Shown here piece by piece: positions 1 through 12,500 of a stretch of 44,590 bases of DNA. Both the position numbers and the translations under genes were made by a program. Under the pieces are notes generated by a model. It ran no database searches and was not told the DNA's origin. It was given only the letters and a program-made list of their open reading frames with translations. Origin of the DNA: Priapulus caudatus. Its lineage: Eukaryota. The DNA lies in the NCBI RefSeq assembly GCF_000485595.1, contig NW_014577088.1:1073505-1118094 (forward strand). The letters run 5' to 3'. Each line of letters begins with the position of its first letter. Within the stretch, counting starts at the first letter, position 1.

Positions 1-6
1 CGCACG

Positions 7-49
<43 letters not shown>

Positions 50-88
50 ATACACACAGACATACACACGCGCGCACGTACACGCGCA
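1..88. repeat. (CA)n/(GCAC)n microsatellite
   Basis: Visible run of CA dinucleotides with GCAC variants. Confidence 0.95.
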
Positions 89-91
89 TAA

Positions 92-3000
92 GTGAGTGGA
101 AGTGTGTTGTTGGACTCTGGAGCTAATATCACACTTGTGAGAGAGAAGGTTGCAGAAAAATTAGGATGTGAGAGCAGGCCAATAAGCACTGAAATAGGAA
201 CTGTAGGTGGAGACGTCCAAGTACACCAAACAAGAGTGTACAAGGTTAGGATTAACAATAAGTATACAGTAACTGCAGTAGGTGTGCCAGAAATTACAAG
301 TGTGAAAGAGTTGAATGAAGAAGTAAGACAAAACTGGAAGGAATAATTGGTGACCAACTAAATAGAGGAAGTGGAGACGTAGATTTGCTAGTTGGAGTAG
401 ACTACCCACAACTTCACACCGGGGAAACTCAGGAGATAGAAGGATATGTTGTAAGAAACTCTCCTCTGGGTTGGATAGCATTTGGCTCACAAAGCAGTGA
501 ACTGGAACACAGTAAAGTATTGTATATCAATGTGTCCAAGTCCGTGGATCTGACACAATTCTGGGCAACAGAGGAAATGGGTGTGAAACTACCAGATTGT
601 AAATGTGGAGAAACTGGGCACCTACGATTGCCACCTGCAGAAAAGAAACAGTATGAAGAAATGTGGCAGTCTTGTAAGAAAAGCAATGACAGATGGATGA
701 TGCCATACCCTTGGCGAAGGGATCCAAAAGACCTACCAAACAATAAGAGTCAGTGTGTAGCAAAACTTGCATCTCTGAAAAAAAGATTGAAGCAGATTCC
801 TGAAGATGCAGAGCTGTACAACCAGCAGATTGTAGAAATGACTGAAAGGGGCATTGCTCAAAAATTAACAATGGCAGAGAAAGAAGAGTACAGAGGCCCT
901 GCGCACTACATAGCCCACCACTCTGTCTTGAGACCAGACAAAAAGAGCACGCCTATCAGAATTGTGTTTAACACCTCATCCTCCTTTAAGGGTCACTCAC
1001 TGAATGACTACTGGGACAAAGGCCCTGACCTACTGAATGAACTCTTTGGTGTTTTTTTGAGATTCCGACAGTGCCCAGTGGCTATTGCTGGAGACATCAG
1101 CAAAATGTACCATCAAGTGCTGATTCCGGAGAAAGACCAGCAGGTGCATAGATTTCTATGGAGAAATTGTGAAAAAAGATAACCAGATGTCTATATGATG
1201 AAAGTGGTTACATTTAAGCCTGCCCCTTCTATGGCATTGACGGCACTGAGGAAAACTGCTTCTGAAGAAGCAAAGGATCATTCGGAAGCTTCTAAAACTC
1301 TGGATAATGATACATATATGGATGATATATGTACATCGGTTGAGTCCATTGAGAAAGCCAGGCAATTGACAAGCGATATTGATAAAGTTTTTAAGATCGG
1401 AGGGTTTAAAGTGAAGGAGTGGGTATATACTGAGAGTATTACAAACGAAAGCGTCATAAAGGATGAAGGCAGAAAACCTGATGAAATGGCAATCATAAAG
1501 GAAGCCGAAGAACAGAAGGTTCTGGGCGTTGTGTGGGACCCGGCATCAGATGAAATGAAGTACAAGGTGAAGCCGGTTCACGTAAAAGATGAACAGATAC
1601 TGACGAAAAGAATGGTTCTATGTGAATTGGCCAAGGTATATGACCCGATTGGGTTCACCGCTGCATTCCTTATTCGAGGAAAAATCTTGATGCAAAAATT
1701 ATGGCAGAGGGGTATTGACTGGGATGAAGACCTACAGGCATCTGAGAAATCAGAATGGAGAAAGTTCTTCCTGGAGTTGGAGCATTTAGAGGGGGTGTCA
1801 TTCCAAAGTGCCTCATGCCAAAATCAGTGCCTGTTGAGCTTGGAATTTTCTGCGATGCCTCAGAGGATGCCTTTGGTGCTGTCGCATATACCAGATGGGA
1901 AGAGAGTAACGAAATCTATGGTGTAAGGTTGCTATCTGCCAAGTCCCGTGTAGCTCCACTGAAATGTTATCCATACCACGGTTAGAATTGCAGGCGGCTG
2001 TCATTGCATCTCGGCTTTGCGGCACCATAAGGAAGGAGATGTCAGTAGACTTTGAAAGGGTTGTATTTCTATCAGATAGTATCATTGAATTGTCTTGGAT
2101 CCGGGGCCAGTCCTGACAGTATAATACATTTGTAGCCAATAGAATCTCGGAAATTCAGAGCAGTACAGACCCTTTATAGTGGAGACATATACCGGGAGAA
2201 TGCAACATTGCGGATAAAATTTCAAGAGGTGTGGCTGTGAAAGATTTAAACGACATCTGGAAGACTGGGCCGCCATTCTTAATGTTTCCAGAAGAGAAGT
2301 GGCGAAGTTCGATTACTAGAGCAGATGTCAGTGAGGTTGATAAAGAAAAGAAAAGGGGAAAAACTAAGATGATAGCTCAGGAGGTGGATGATGCTATTGA
2401 CGTGAAGGATTTTTTTCAAGTTGGAGAAAGTTAATCCGGGTAACAGCGTATGTCTTCAGATTCATAACAAATACGAAAGCCAAACGTAAAGTGCACTATG
2501 GACCGCTAGAAACTGAAGAATTAGCACATGCAAAAAGACATTGGCTCATTGAAGCTCAGAAGCCACTCCATGAAAATGTAAGCAAGGGCGAGTTAAAATC
2601 ACTGAGCCCATTTATAGAAGAGCATATGATTTATGTGGGTGGCAGAGCTAGCCAGGGAACACTCTCATATGATATGAGGCACCCAGTACTACTACCTAGA
2701 AACCATCGCATATCTTACTTGATCACTAGACACTTTCATGAACGTGGTCACTATGGCATTGCTACTACGGCTAGCAAAGTCAAAGGTAAATATTGGATCA
2801 TTGGGGTAACACATTTCGCGAAAACTGTGAAAGTCAGGTGTGTAAGCTGCAAAGTACATGACCATCGAAAAGAGAAGCAACTTATGGCTGACCTCCCTGT
2901 TGAAAGAATGGCACCTTTCACGCCACCGTGTCATAATACTGCATGTGATTACTTTGGTCCTTATACGGTGAAAATTGGAAGAAACAAGACGACAAAACAT

Positions 3001-3830
3001 TATGTGGTGATATTCACATGTCTGAACACGAGAGCAGTTTACCTAGAACTTGCAGTTGACTGCTCGTCGATGGAGTTTCTTCAAGGTCTGAGAAGGTTCT
3101 TTGCGTTCAGAGGTTGTCCACGATTGATAAAGGGTGACAACGGTACCCAGATGGTTGGTACAGAGAGACAACGAGAGAAATTGTGAGGGGTTGGACAGGG
3201 ATGATTTGAAGGAATTCTGTGCAGAAAGACAGGTTATATGGAAATTTGTCACACCTTTAGCACCTCACCAGAACGGATGCGCTGAAGCACTAGTCAAAAG
3301 CTGTAAGCATGCGATAAAGAAAGCCATCGGAGACCAACATCTAACTCCCTTGAAATTTCACACGTCTTCAATAGATAGCCAATTTAGTGAATGAAAGACC
3401 AATTGGAAGACATCCAAATGACCCAGATGACGGAAACTACATATGCCCAAATGACATTCTTCTTAGTAGAGCATCTAACAGAGTTCCGCACAAGGACCGT
3501 TCCGCACCAGTAAGAATCCCAGACATAGAGTTGAGTTCGTGCAACAAATTGTCAATTCCTTCTGGAAGAACTGGGTTAGAGACGTTTACCCTGCTTTGGT
3601 TTCGAGAAAGAAATGGACAGTCCACCACCGAGATGTGAGGATAGACGATATTGTGGTCTTAGCAGATCCAAACTCCGCCAGAGGGAAATGGAACATCGCC
3701 AGAGTCACAGAGGTTTATCCAGGTCAAGATGGAAAAGTAAGAAACGTCAGAGTTAGGACTCAAAATGAAGATTTCAGCTGACAAATTATTAAAATCGCAG
3801 TGATTTATCCGGTAGAGGAATATGAGGAGA
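92..3830 (+). pseudogene. Disrupted Pao pol polyprotein with multiple stops and frameshifts
   Basis: Homologous segments are split across many ORFs. Examples: stops at 344-346 and 1180-1182, and frame switches near 1800, 1970, 2420, 3180, 3370 and 3490. Confidence 0.9.
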
Positions 3831-3887
3831 ATTAGCTTTGTGAGTAAACGGTGTTGGTATGCGACCTTCTCGCATAGTGGGGGAGGA
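92..3887 (+). mobile_element. Decayed BEL/Pao LTR retrotransposon internal region (protease, RT, RNase H, integrase), 5'-truncated
   Basis: Protease LLDSGA (92-346). RT motifs IRIVFN, LLNELFGVFLRFR, DISKMY and YMDD (385-1500). KVLGVVWD and YDPIG, then RNase H CDAS..AFGAVAY..AKSRVAP (1755-1985). Integrase H..GH/C..C, DYFGP, DNG, NG.AE (2491-3394). C-terminal FWK.W...Y / W..ARV...PG.DG.VR (3539-3781). Domain order and motifs are typical of BEL/Pao. Confidence 0.95.
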
Positions 3888-3889
3888 TG
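3879..3889 (+). other. Polypurine tract followed by TG (probable start of the 3' LTR at 3888)
   Basis: GGGGGAGGA-TG lies just after the integrase C-terminus, the usual PPT/LTR junction. The far end of the LTR is not resolved. Confidence 0.6.
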
Positions 3890-3961
3890 GATCATTCTGT
3901 GTCTTTTTCTTCCCAGAAATAACTATAGAGGGCGTATCAATCAGAATTGCTTGTAGACATG

Positions 3962-4236
3962 GGGTGTCACTTTCCCCCGTGCGTAGAGGGAGGGTGCCGC
4001 TACGTGGCAGCACTAGTCACTTTCCCCGGGCGTAGAGGGAGGGTGCCGCTACGTGGCAGCACTAGTCACTTCGTACACTTCCGTCATTCCACAGTCATAC
4101 TTCCATGCTAGACATGGCCTTATTTCCCTAACCCTAACCCTAACCCTAATTCTAACTCTAACCCTAACCCTAACCCTAACACTAGTGCTGCCATGTAGCG
4201 GCACCCTCCCTCTACGACCGGGAGAAAGTGACACCC
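3962..4236 (+). mobile_element. Mutator/MULE-like MITE carrying (TAACCC)n telomeric repeats
   Basis: TIRs GGGTGTCACTTTC...GAAAGTGACACCC with arms of about 55 bp. Perfect 9-bp TSD GTAGACATG (3953-3961, 4237-4245). Telomeric tract at about 4126-4180. About 50 bp of the left arm is tandemly duplicated. Confidence 0.9.
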
Positions 4237-6527
4237 GTAGACATGGAAGCCTAGCATGGTATATCTGTTTGGAATTAACGCTCTGGGAACAAGCGATTAA
4301 TTTACTATTTGTCTGGAAAGAATCTGTTTGTTCTTGACCATGGTCTAGTTGAGTTTTATAGAATAACGAGATGCTCTGATTATTATGATATTTACCGTGA
4401 TTGCTGCAATATAACTGATATTAATGTTAGCCAGCTAATTCAAAATTTATCAAACAAAGGAAGTTCATTGGTCACCGCGGGTTTCACTTTTAGACTGATA
4501 TTGAGGTTACTGTAGCCATTGAGAATACGTGCCGCGACGTGTTAAACGAACGTAAACAGTCATGCCTACCGTATAGATCGTATAGTTTACCAACCTTAGT
4601 TTATAGAGTAATTTGTTGATTGATGATTGTTAGGATTTAGAACGTTATTAGGATGCTAAAAGGCATGTAATTCGCCGGAATTTCTGTTAGGGATCGTCTC
4701 ATTAGTTTGCATAATTTAATGCCGGATTACTCTGAATCTAGAAAACTGCATTGCATAACTTGGGAAGTGGTCAACTCATTCATGTCTTATTGTTAAGAAC
4801 CGAATAGCAACATTGACATTGATAGAGTTTAGAATGATTGCACCTATTGGTAATTTTATTCATGTGTAGTTAGAAACGGGTTGGAAAATATTGTAATCTG
4901 ATTTCCAGGTATCTGCCACTGTTATTTGATGATGTAAAGGTCAAAGGTGCAAGTAGTTGTATGTCCGGGCAAAGCAGTAAGTTTGAATTTAACTGTACGA
5001 TGTTATTTGTATGCTAGCTGTGAATTTAAACTGTAATTATTCGAATCATTGTACTATTTAGCACCAGCAAATGTAATACAAAAATATGTACAATTTAATA
5101 ATAACCGAACTTAGTAAGCAGTAGGCGTCAAGCCTTTGTGTAATCGCTAATCAACGACGCGTAGCTGACCCCGTACATGTCAACCAATGAGAGAGTCAGC
5201 CAGGCAGCGTGACCACCGGTCAATAGAAATGGCTCAGCAGCCGAGGGGAACAAGGTGACCCGAGCCAAGACAATAGGGAGACGTAGGTACTTAACGCGTG
5301 TTTCTTCCAATCAGACTCTCTCCACTATTTGCTACCTACTAAGATAGACGTGTCTTAACCTACAGTTGATACTTTCGTATTCATCTAGACCGTGATATGT
5401 AAGTTATATTCCTACGCGTACCTTTTTGTAACCGTCGATGCTTGGCATATGGCGTCTACGGTAGTATTACCTATGTTCTATTAAAGACGTTTTTATGTTC
5501 TATATACGTGTCTCAGTATTCCGTTATTTGTATATGCCTATAAGGAGTGATTTAGTAGCGATATTATACGCGGAACCTATGCGTAACATGTGAGTTAGTG
5601 CGTCTTACGAATGCGACATATAACCTATACGGTTAAACATGGTGTAACATGACGTGCGAAATTCGTAATAGTTATAGCGTAATATATATAGTGCAACATA
5701 CAGTTGTGCAAGCTTGTGAACATACACTGTACATACCGTAGTGCACACACACGTTTGTATCACGCAAATGATATACCCCATGCAATATGTGGGTTGGGTA
5801 CGATGTGTATAAAGATTGATAACGTGGTTTTGTGATTCGGAAGCTATGATTTAGAGAGAGAGAGATAATTAAAGAAGCATTAAAATCAGAAGAGGATCTC
5901 AAGCTTGAAGATAACTTGATATGTGCTGACAAATTGATGAAGCACAAATTTCGTAGGAAAGGAAGGAACTAAAAATTTCACGCAGAGCGGGTTATGCTCT
6001 CTCTGCGAACCAGGGTTGGTTCTATCAAGGAATAAGAAAGAGAATATAAGCTTCGTTAGCGACAAGGGAATTTCCTGCCAGGGTACCAGGTATTAGGCTC
6101 CAGCAGAGAGCAGGAAAGTATGGACTGTACATTTTGGTAATACGCTGTTAGAATTTTCCGGGGCGAGAATAACAGCGAGTCTGAGATACCGGATTAATGC
6201 AGTACATCGTACGGAAGTAATACTAACTACGTGAACAGCAGGTGTCTTTCGTAGTAAACAGGTATATCGCCCGATTACAATAACGGTGACGTTCTTTGAA
6301 ATGCAATAGCAGGAAGTAATTGCTCACAGGTAATGTCTTTTATTGTATCGGGTATGACTTATGATTGCAGTAGCCGCGCATCTGCGACCGCGCGCGCCGG
6401 CAATGAGTAACACTGTGCTGCCATCTGCCGTGTAAAATCGACAGTTTAATCCCCATATGCTGCACCATCGTCGGGTGATATCAGAAAGGAACTGCCATGG
6501 TTGTAGGTAGGGTCACGTCTTGAGAGG

Positions 6528-6555
6528 TCATGACTTTTCTAGCACATTCAGAATT
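6528..6555 (-). CDS. CNG channel candidate last coding exon (R-ILNVLEKS*)
   Basis: TTTTCAG acceptor; read in phase 2 to follow the previous exon it ends in TGA. Alternative acceptors exist. Confidence 0.35.
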
Positions 6556-9500
6556 CTGAAAACGGTCGTACAGCAAGATTACTATTCATTATTGCAATTA
6601 GAGTTTATATAGAACTACTTTTTAATCGATATGTAAATTGCTTAATATTTTTATCTTGTTTCATTAACTCTTTCCCTCGTTCTTTCGGCCAATCGTTCGT
6701 TCGTTCGTTCGTTCGTTCGTTCGTTCGTTCGTTCGTTCGTTCGTTCGTTCATTCGTTTGTTCATTCGTAGATTCGTTTGCTTGTCCGTTCGTTTTATTTT
6801 ATGTTGGTGTGTCCGTTCCGCCGTTTGTTCACTCGCTCCTTCATATATTCGTTTACTTATTCATTCACTAGTACTAATGAAATTATCACCAACCTATCGC
6901 TCTGTGTGCGGTCGCACCCTAATGGTCGTGAAACGGCATTTGAATTACTTTTAGCAACTTTTCGATCTCTGCCAGTTATTATATTATGGGAAATGTTTAT
7001 AATTAAAATTAATAATAATTGAAATTAATGATTAATGATTAATGAATAATTAAATAAATTAATAATAATAAAAATTAATTATAATTAATAAATAATTATG
7101 TTTATTATTATAAATGGTACGCAAGCAAGTCCGCGTACAGTGAGCATTGTCAATACTCTTATATACCTTTCCTCGGCGAATGCTTCGAGAACTTCACGCG
7201 TCTTCGGATATTCTACGAGTGCCTGGTGAAGAGAACAGAACTGAGCTTGTAATTTACGCGCATACGCGTTGTTAGTTCGCGGGATCTTCATCTCCGTCGT
7301 TACTAAGATCGTTACTAAGGTCGTACCGATGACAACGGTTGATTTTGGTTTCCTCAACAGAGTTCTTCCGACAAAGACACTCGCTGTTATGCGGCTGAAG
7401 TTTTTAGCCTCATCGCCGGCGGGATGACGGATTTCTATACCATGTGGTCTAAACTATAATATTCGATAACTATTCTATAACATTGATTCTGTTGACTGAA
7501 GCTAACTGGGATAAAGTGAAAGTGGCACAGATAAAGACCGTTAATTAGACCTTTCAGTTCAAACTCAATGGCGCTACACACTAGATCCGTCCAACCACAC
7601 ACATAGTTAGCATTACACAATTTTCCTAGCTGCAACAAAAACAAAAAATTACACATAAACAAAAAAACATAACAAAACAAGCCCAAAACAAGAACAATAA
7701 AATGGCGTTATTCATGCGCGTGAGGCTAGTTGGTATTTCCCAAGTATGCCTGTTACATGTTAAGGGGATATAACGTGTACAAAAAAACTTATACCATACT
7801 CTGAATAATATAATGGTTTTGCATAACTGGTAATTGCTACGCTCAAGTTACAAGCTTTTTGTTATAGTTATAATTCGCACAGTGTCAGTATAAACAGTAC
7901 CACGGCGTAATGCTACAAGGGGCAGGAAAGCTACAGTAAGTGATTCAAATGTTATAGGAAACCTGTAGAACCGAGTTCTCAACCAAATATACTTACAGAC
8001 ATGAGATCCTTCCTTGACAGCACTAGTAGTTCAGAGTAGCCAACTGAGCGAACATCAGCCGTTCGCCTGCAATGAATATATATATATATAGAAGTATGTT
8101 TGCAAAGAGCGTTTAGGAAAGAGGTTTCTCTTCATTGATTTTAAAATTCGTTTGCGAAATTTTCAATAAAATCTGCGCAGCGAAGAGATTGGTTGCATTC
8201 ATGCGCTGATGTTGAGGGATATTCGTTTTACGACAGCCTCGCTATCTCCCTGTGCGTTGATGTAATCTGAATTACCTTATCGGATACAACTTCCAAGATA
8301 AATGCAGACACTGTATAGCGCGAGAGGAAATGAGAGAGATAGGGAGAGAGCGATATCGAAGCCGAGTGAGAAAGCAATAAAGAAACAGCAAGAGAGATAA
8401 GAGGCGAAAGAGGAGGAGATGAGCGAGACGGACGGTGGCGTGGACGGGAGATCAAAAACCATCAGAAGTACTTTTGACTGGAGTGTAGCTCCAGAAGGCT
8501 GATTTCTCCGAAGTAGTTTCCTTCCTGTAGAGTCGCCACTACTGTCCGTTCATCAGTGCTGGCACACTTCACACTCACCTATCATGAGCACAGCTATCAT
8601 CAGCGCATTTTTCCCGCGGGGGCGATCTCACAGGTAATGCCGGCCTTTCGAGCTGGCAACAAACCCTATTATTTTCTGTTTAATTATCATAGTAAGGAAC
8701 GCACGTGCAAAACTGTGTGATTTTTACTATAAGAATGAAAACTTCCGTGCGCAGGAACGAATCACTTACCTCTACGACACCGTGATTTATGATGTACATT
8801 TCCCTCCCTGAAATAAAGCGTCGTTTCGGTATAGTTTTATGGTTCAATATGATTTTAACGGCGGGTTTTACTATTCCCTTTGTCCGTTTATTTCACAAAT
8901 TGCCACTAAATATGAAAAAGTTAGTATCACATTTTGAATGTATACGTACAAAAATACAAAAATAGTATCACATGATTAAAACGTATTGCCACGTATAATC
9001 TTCCGAGAATATCCGCTGTACAGTAAGTGTATACACCGTGACGGATATTATCGCACCTATCTCGCCAGTCTTGCAAATAAAATCTCCAGGAGAAAATATC
9101 TGGGGCTTCAATTTTAGTACCAGTTCGCAGAGCACACCTTCTTCGCAATCTTCGAAAATCCTAACCTTGAAAATAAAAATAGAATTAGATATTATCCTAG
9201 ATTCATCTGCAAGTACAAGTATTCAATTGCATTAATAGGCCCTACATGGTACGCACTTGTATTAACGCCGTTGTATTCACACACGCGCGCACACGCGTGT
9301 ATGCACGCACGCACGCAAACATTTCATCTAATTTTTATCATTATTGTACAAATATAAGACGCTGGCGTGTCCGCAAAATATGATCCCGCTGTCCGTTAAA
9401 AACAGGATTATAATTACGAGAAAGATTATGCTAAGTACACAGTCGCTTTTGTATGTTAGCTTGACTAATTTCGAAACTTTACAACGAAGAGCTGATTCAT

Positions 9501-12500
9501 GAATAAGATCATGTAACCGTCTCGTTTCAAGAACAAAAATTCCAGTGGGCCTTTCTAAAATGTGATCACAGCGTGATTCGCAGCGTAGGTCAAGCAAGAG
9601 GTTACCATGTACAAGAACAGCTGTTACAAGAGTTGAGTATCGGTAACTATAATAATATTAGTCCAGTAATATTGTACATAAAATGGGCGAAATCTTCTCG
9701 GCATGTGTATAGTGCTTAACCTCGTGATCGATTTCTGATTCGATTTAGTGATGCTGTGATTTTTTTTCTGTGTAAGGTTTGATATGCTCTTCATGTACCT
9801 TCCGTTCTACGCGAAAATAATTATACACGTACCATTCTGTCGCTACTTTCATCATGAATCAAGACTGTAGACTCGTCTACACGACGAACCCTCGAGTTAG
9901 CGTTAACTCGAGTTAGCTTAACCTCGCCAGTCGATCGAGGTTAAGAGTCTACACGGGGCCTTAACTCGAGTAAGGTAACTCGAGTTAGCGTTAACTCGAG
10001 TTAGCTTAACCTCGCCAGTCGATCGAGGTTAAGTTAACTCGAGTTACCTAAGGTAAGGCCCGTGTAGACGCTTAACTCGAGTTAGCTTAACCTCCACGAT
10101 AGGCGGCAGCACTAGTACGATGTACGTACACACGCACGCACGCACGCGTACTTGCACACGCACGCACACACTCATGCACGCACGTGTACGTGCACACGCA
10201 CGCATGCACGCACGTGTACGTGCACACGCACGCACTCACTCAAGCACGCACGCACGCACGCACGCATGCACGCACGTGTACGTGCACACGCACGCACGCA
10301 CGCACATCTACGTGCACATGCATGCAGCACGCACGCACGTGTACCTTCACACACACGCACGTACGCACGCACGCACACATGCACACACGTGTACCTAGAC
10401 AAGCACGCACGCACGCACGAACGTGTACCTGCACAGGCGCGCACACACGCACGCACGCACGTGTACATGCACACACACGGACGCACGCACGCTTGCACGC
10501 ACGTGTACGTGCACACGCACGCATGCACGCACGTGTATGTACACACGCACGCACGCACGTGTACGTGCACACGCACGCATGCACGAACGTGTAGGTACAC
10601 ACGCACGCATGCACGCACGTGTACGTGCACACGCACGCATGCACGAACGTGTAGGTACACACGCACGCATGCACGCACGTGTACGTACACACGCACGCAC
10701 GAACGCACGTGTACGTACACACGCACGCACGCACGCACACATGCACGTCTACGTGCACATGCACACGCGCGCACACACGCACGCACGCACGCACGTGTAC
10801 ACGCACGCACACACTCATGCACGCACGTGTACTTGCACACGCACGCATGCACGCACGTGTAGGTACACACGCACGCACGCACGCACGTGTACGTGCGCAC
10901 GCACGCACGTGTACGTGCACATGCACGCACGCACGCATGCACTCACGCATGCACGCACGTGCATGCGCACGCACGCACGTGTACGTACACACGCACGCAC
11001 GCACACACACACGCACGTTTACATACACACGCACGCACGCACGCATAATAAATCGGTAATAATCGCTATCGGGTGTTGTCGTGTAGACGCTACATAATCG
11101 CTAACTCGAATTAACGCTTAACTCGAGTTAGCTTAACTCGAGTTAAGGTTCGTCGTGTAGACGCTACATAATCGCTAACTCGAATTAACGCTTAACTCGA
11201 GTTAGCTTAACTCGAGTTAAGGTTCGTCGTGTAGACGAGGCTATTGAAACGGTCAATCTATGACAAAGCAGTTACAATATCCGCTGCTATAGGGGCCTGC
11301 GCTAACGAGGGAAATCCATCTGCGACATCTGCCACCCAAGCAAGCACACCAAGCCGTGGATATCCCTCGGCACCAAAAGCTGTGAGTAGTGAGTGCATGA
11401 AGGAGAAAAAGTGCACCCAGATTCACCTGGCACAACTATGTGGCATGAATAGCAATTTGTCTGAAATTCATACCAGTTCCAAATTGTAACCCCATATCAT
11501 GGGTCTCCAGCAAAAGCCGAGAGTCGCCTGCTGCCCATAGGGTCTATGTCCCCCAGGGTACTGCCGGAACGTACCCTGGGTACGGTCCGGTATACCGGAG
11601 CGTACCCTGGTTACTATTTGATATGGTTAGGGTTAGGATTATGGTTAGGGTTAGGGTTAGGGAGTAGGCATAGGCGACTCCCTAGACTCGTTAGTGGAGT
11701 AGGCGAGGTACGGTCCGGCATATTAGATAGTACCAGGGTACGTTCCTGTATACCGGACCGTACCCAGGGTACGTTACGGCAGTACCTCGGGGGACATAGA
11801 CCCTCTCAGCTCTACTGCTCGCAACATTCGAAAACCTTGCTTTACGCTATCTTTGACATGAAAGAGTAGTTCGATATCGGCCTGTTAATGCGGCATGTAA
11901 TAGGAAAATGTCGTTAACATTACTTTCAGATGTAGCGGAAACAATAGCCACCTTGGCTGATAATACATGATTTTCCTCGATCTGGGTTTCCCAATTTAGA
12001 AATTAATATGTAGGAAGTTACCCCAGTTTGTTAGTAGATGAACATTAGGTTCCACTCTACGGCAGGTTCCTATCCCGCGATTGCTGCGAGTATTAGTCGA
12101 AAGGCTCTCTAAGTTATAAATATACCATGCTATATCAACCCTTTTAGCATGACGCAACTGGTTTCTGACACAATTTCTGTGCATAATCACAAAATGATTC
12201 ACATGCACTACTTAGTTTAAACATGCTTACAAGAGCTGTCCCATTGATCATAACCACAAAAACTGCTGGACTTATATCTGTCCAATTTAACAGCTTTTCA
12301 GTATGTGACCGGATGTAGATGACAGGCGCAGTTTTCACAATCGAGAGATTTTCTTTAGCAAAGAATTCATCCAGTTTGCCTGTCTGACTTGGCAAGACAT
12401 TTACAGCTGTGGATAGAAGAAACACGCAATATCTGGATGCTGTCAGCCATTTTCTCAGAAATGTGTCGTTTAATAGAAATAAATTAGTATGGTGTTTATT

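Noticed and set aside
4126..4180. True telomere or chromosome-fusion scar
   Set aside because: The tracts are short and enclosed by TIRs (with TSDs in two cases), so they are transposon cargo.
10044..11097. Many overlapping 90-270 aa ORFs rich in H/A/R/T or C/V/R/A
   Set aside because: Translations of the GCAC satellite, open in most frames on both strands; not coding.
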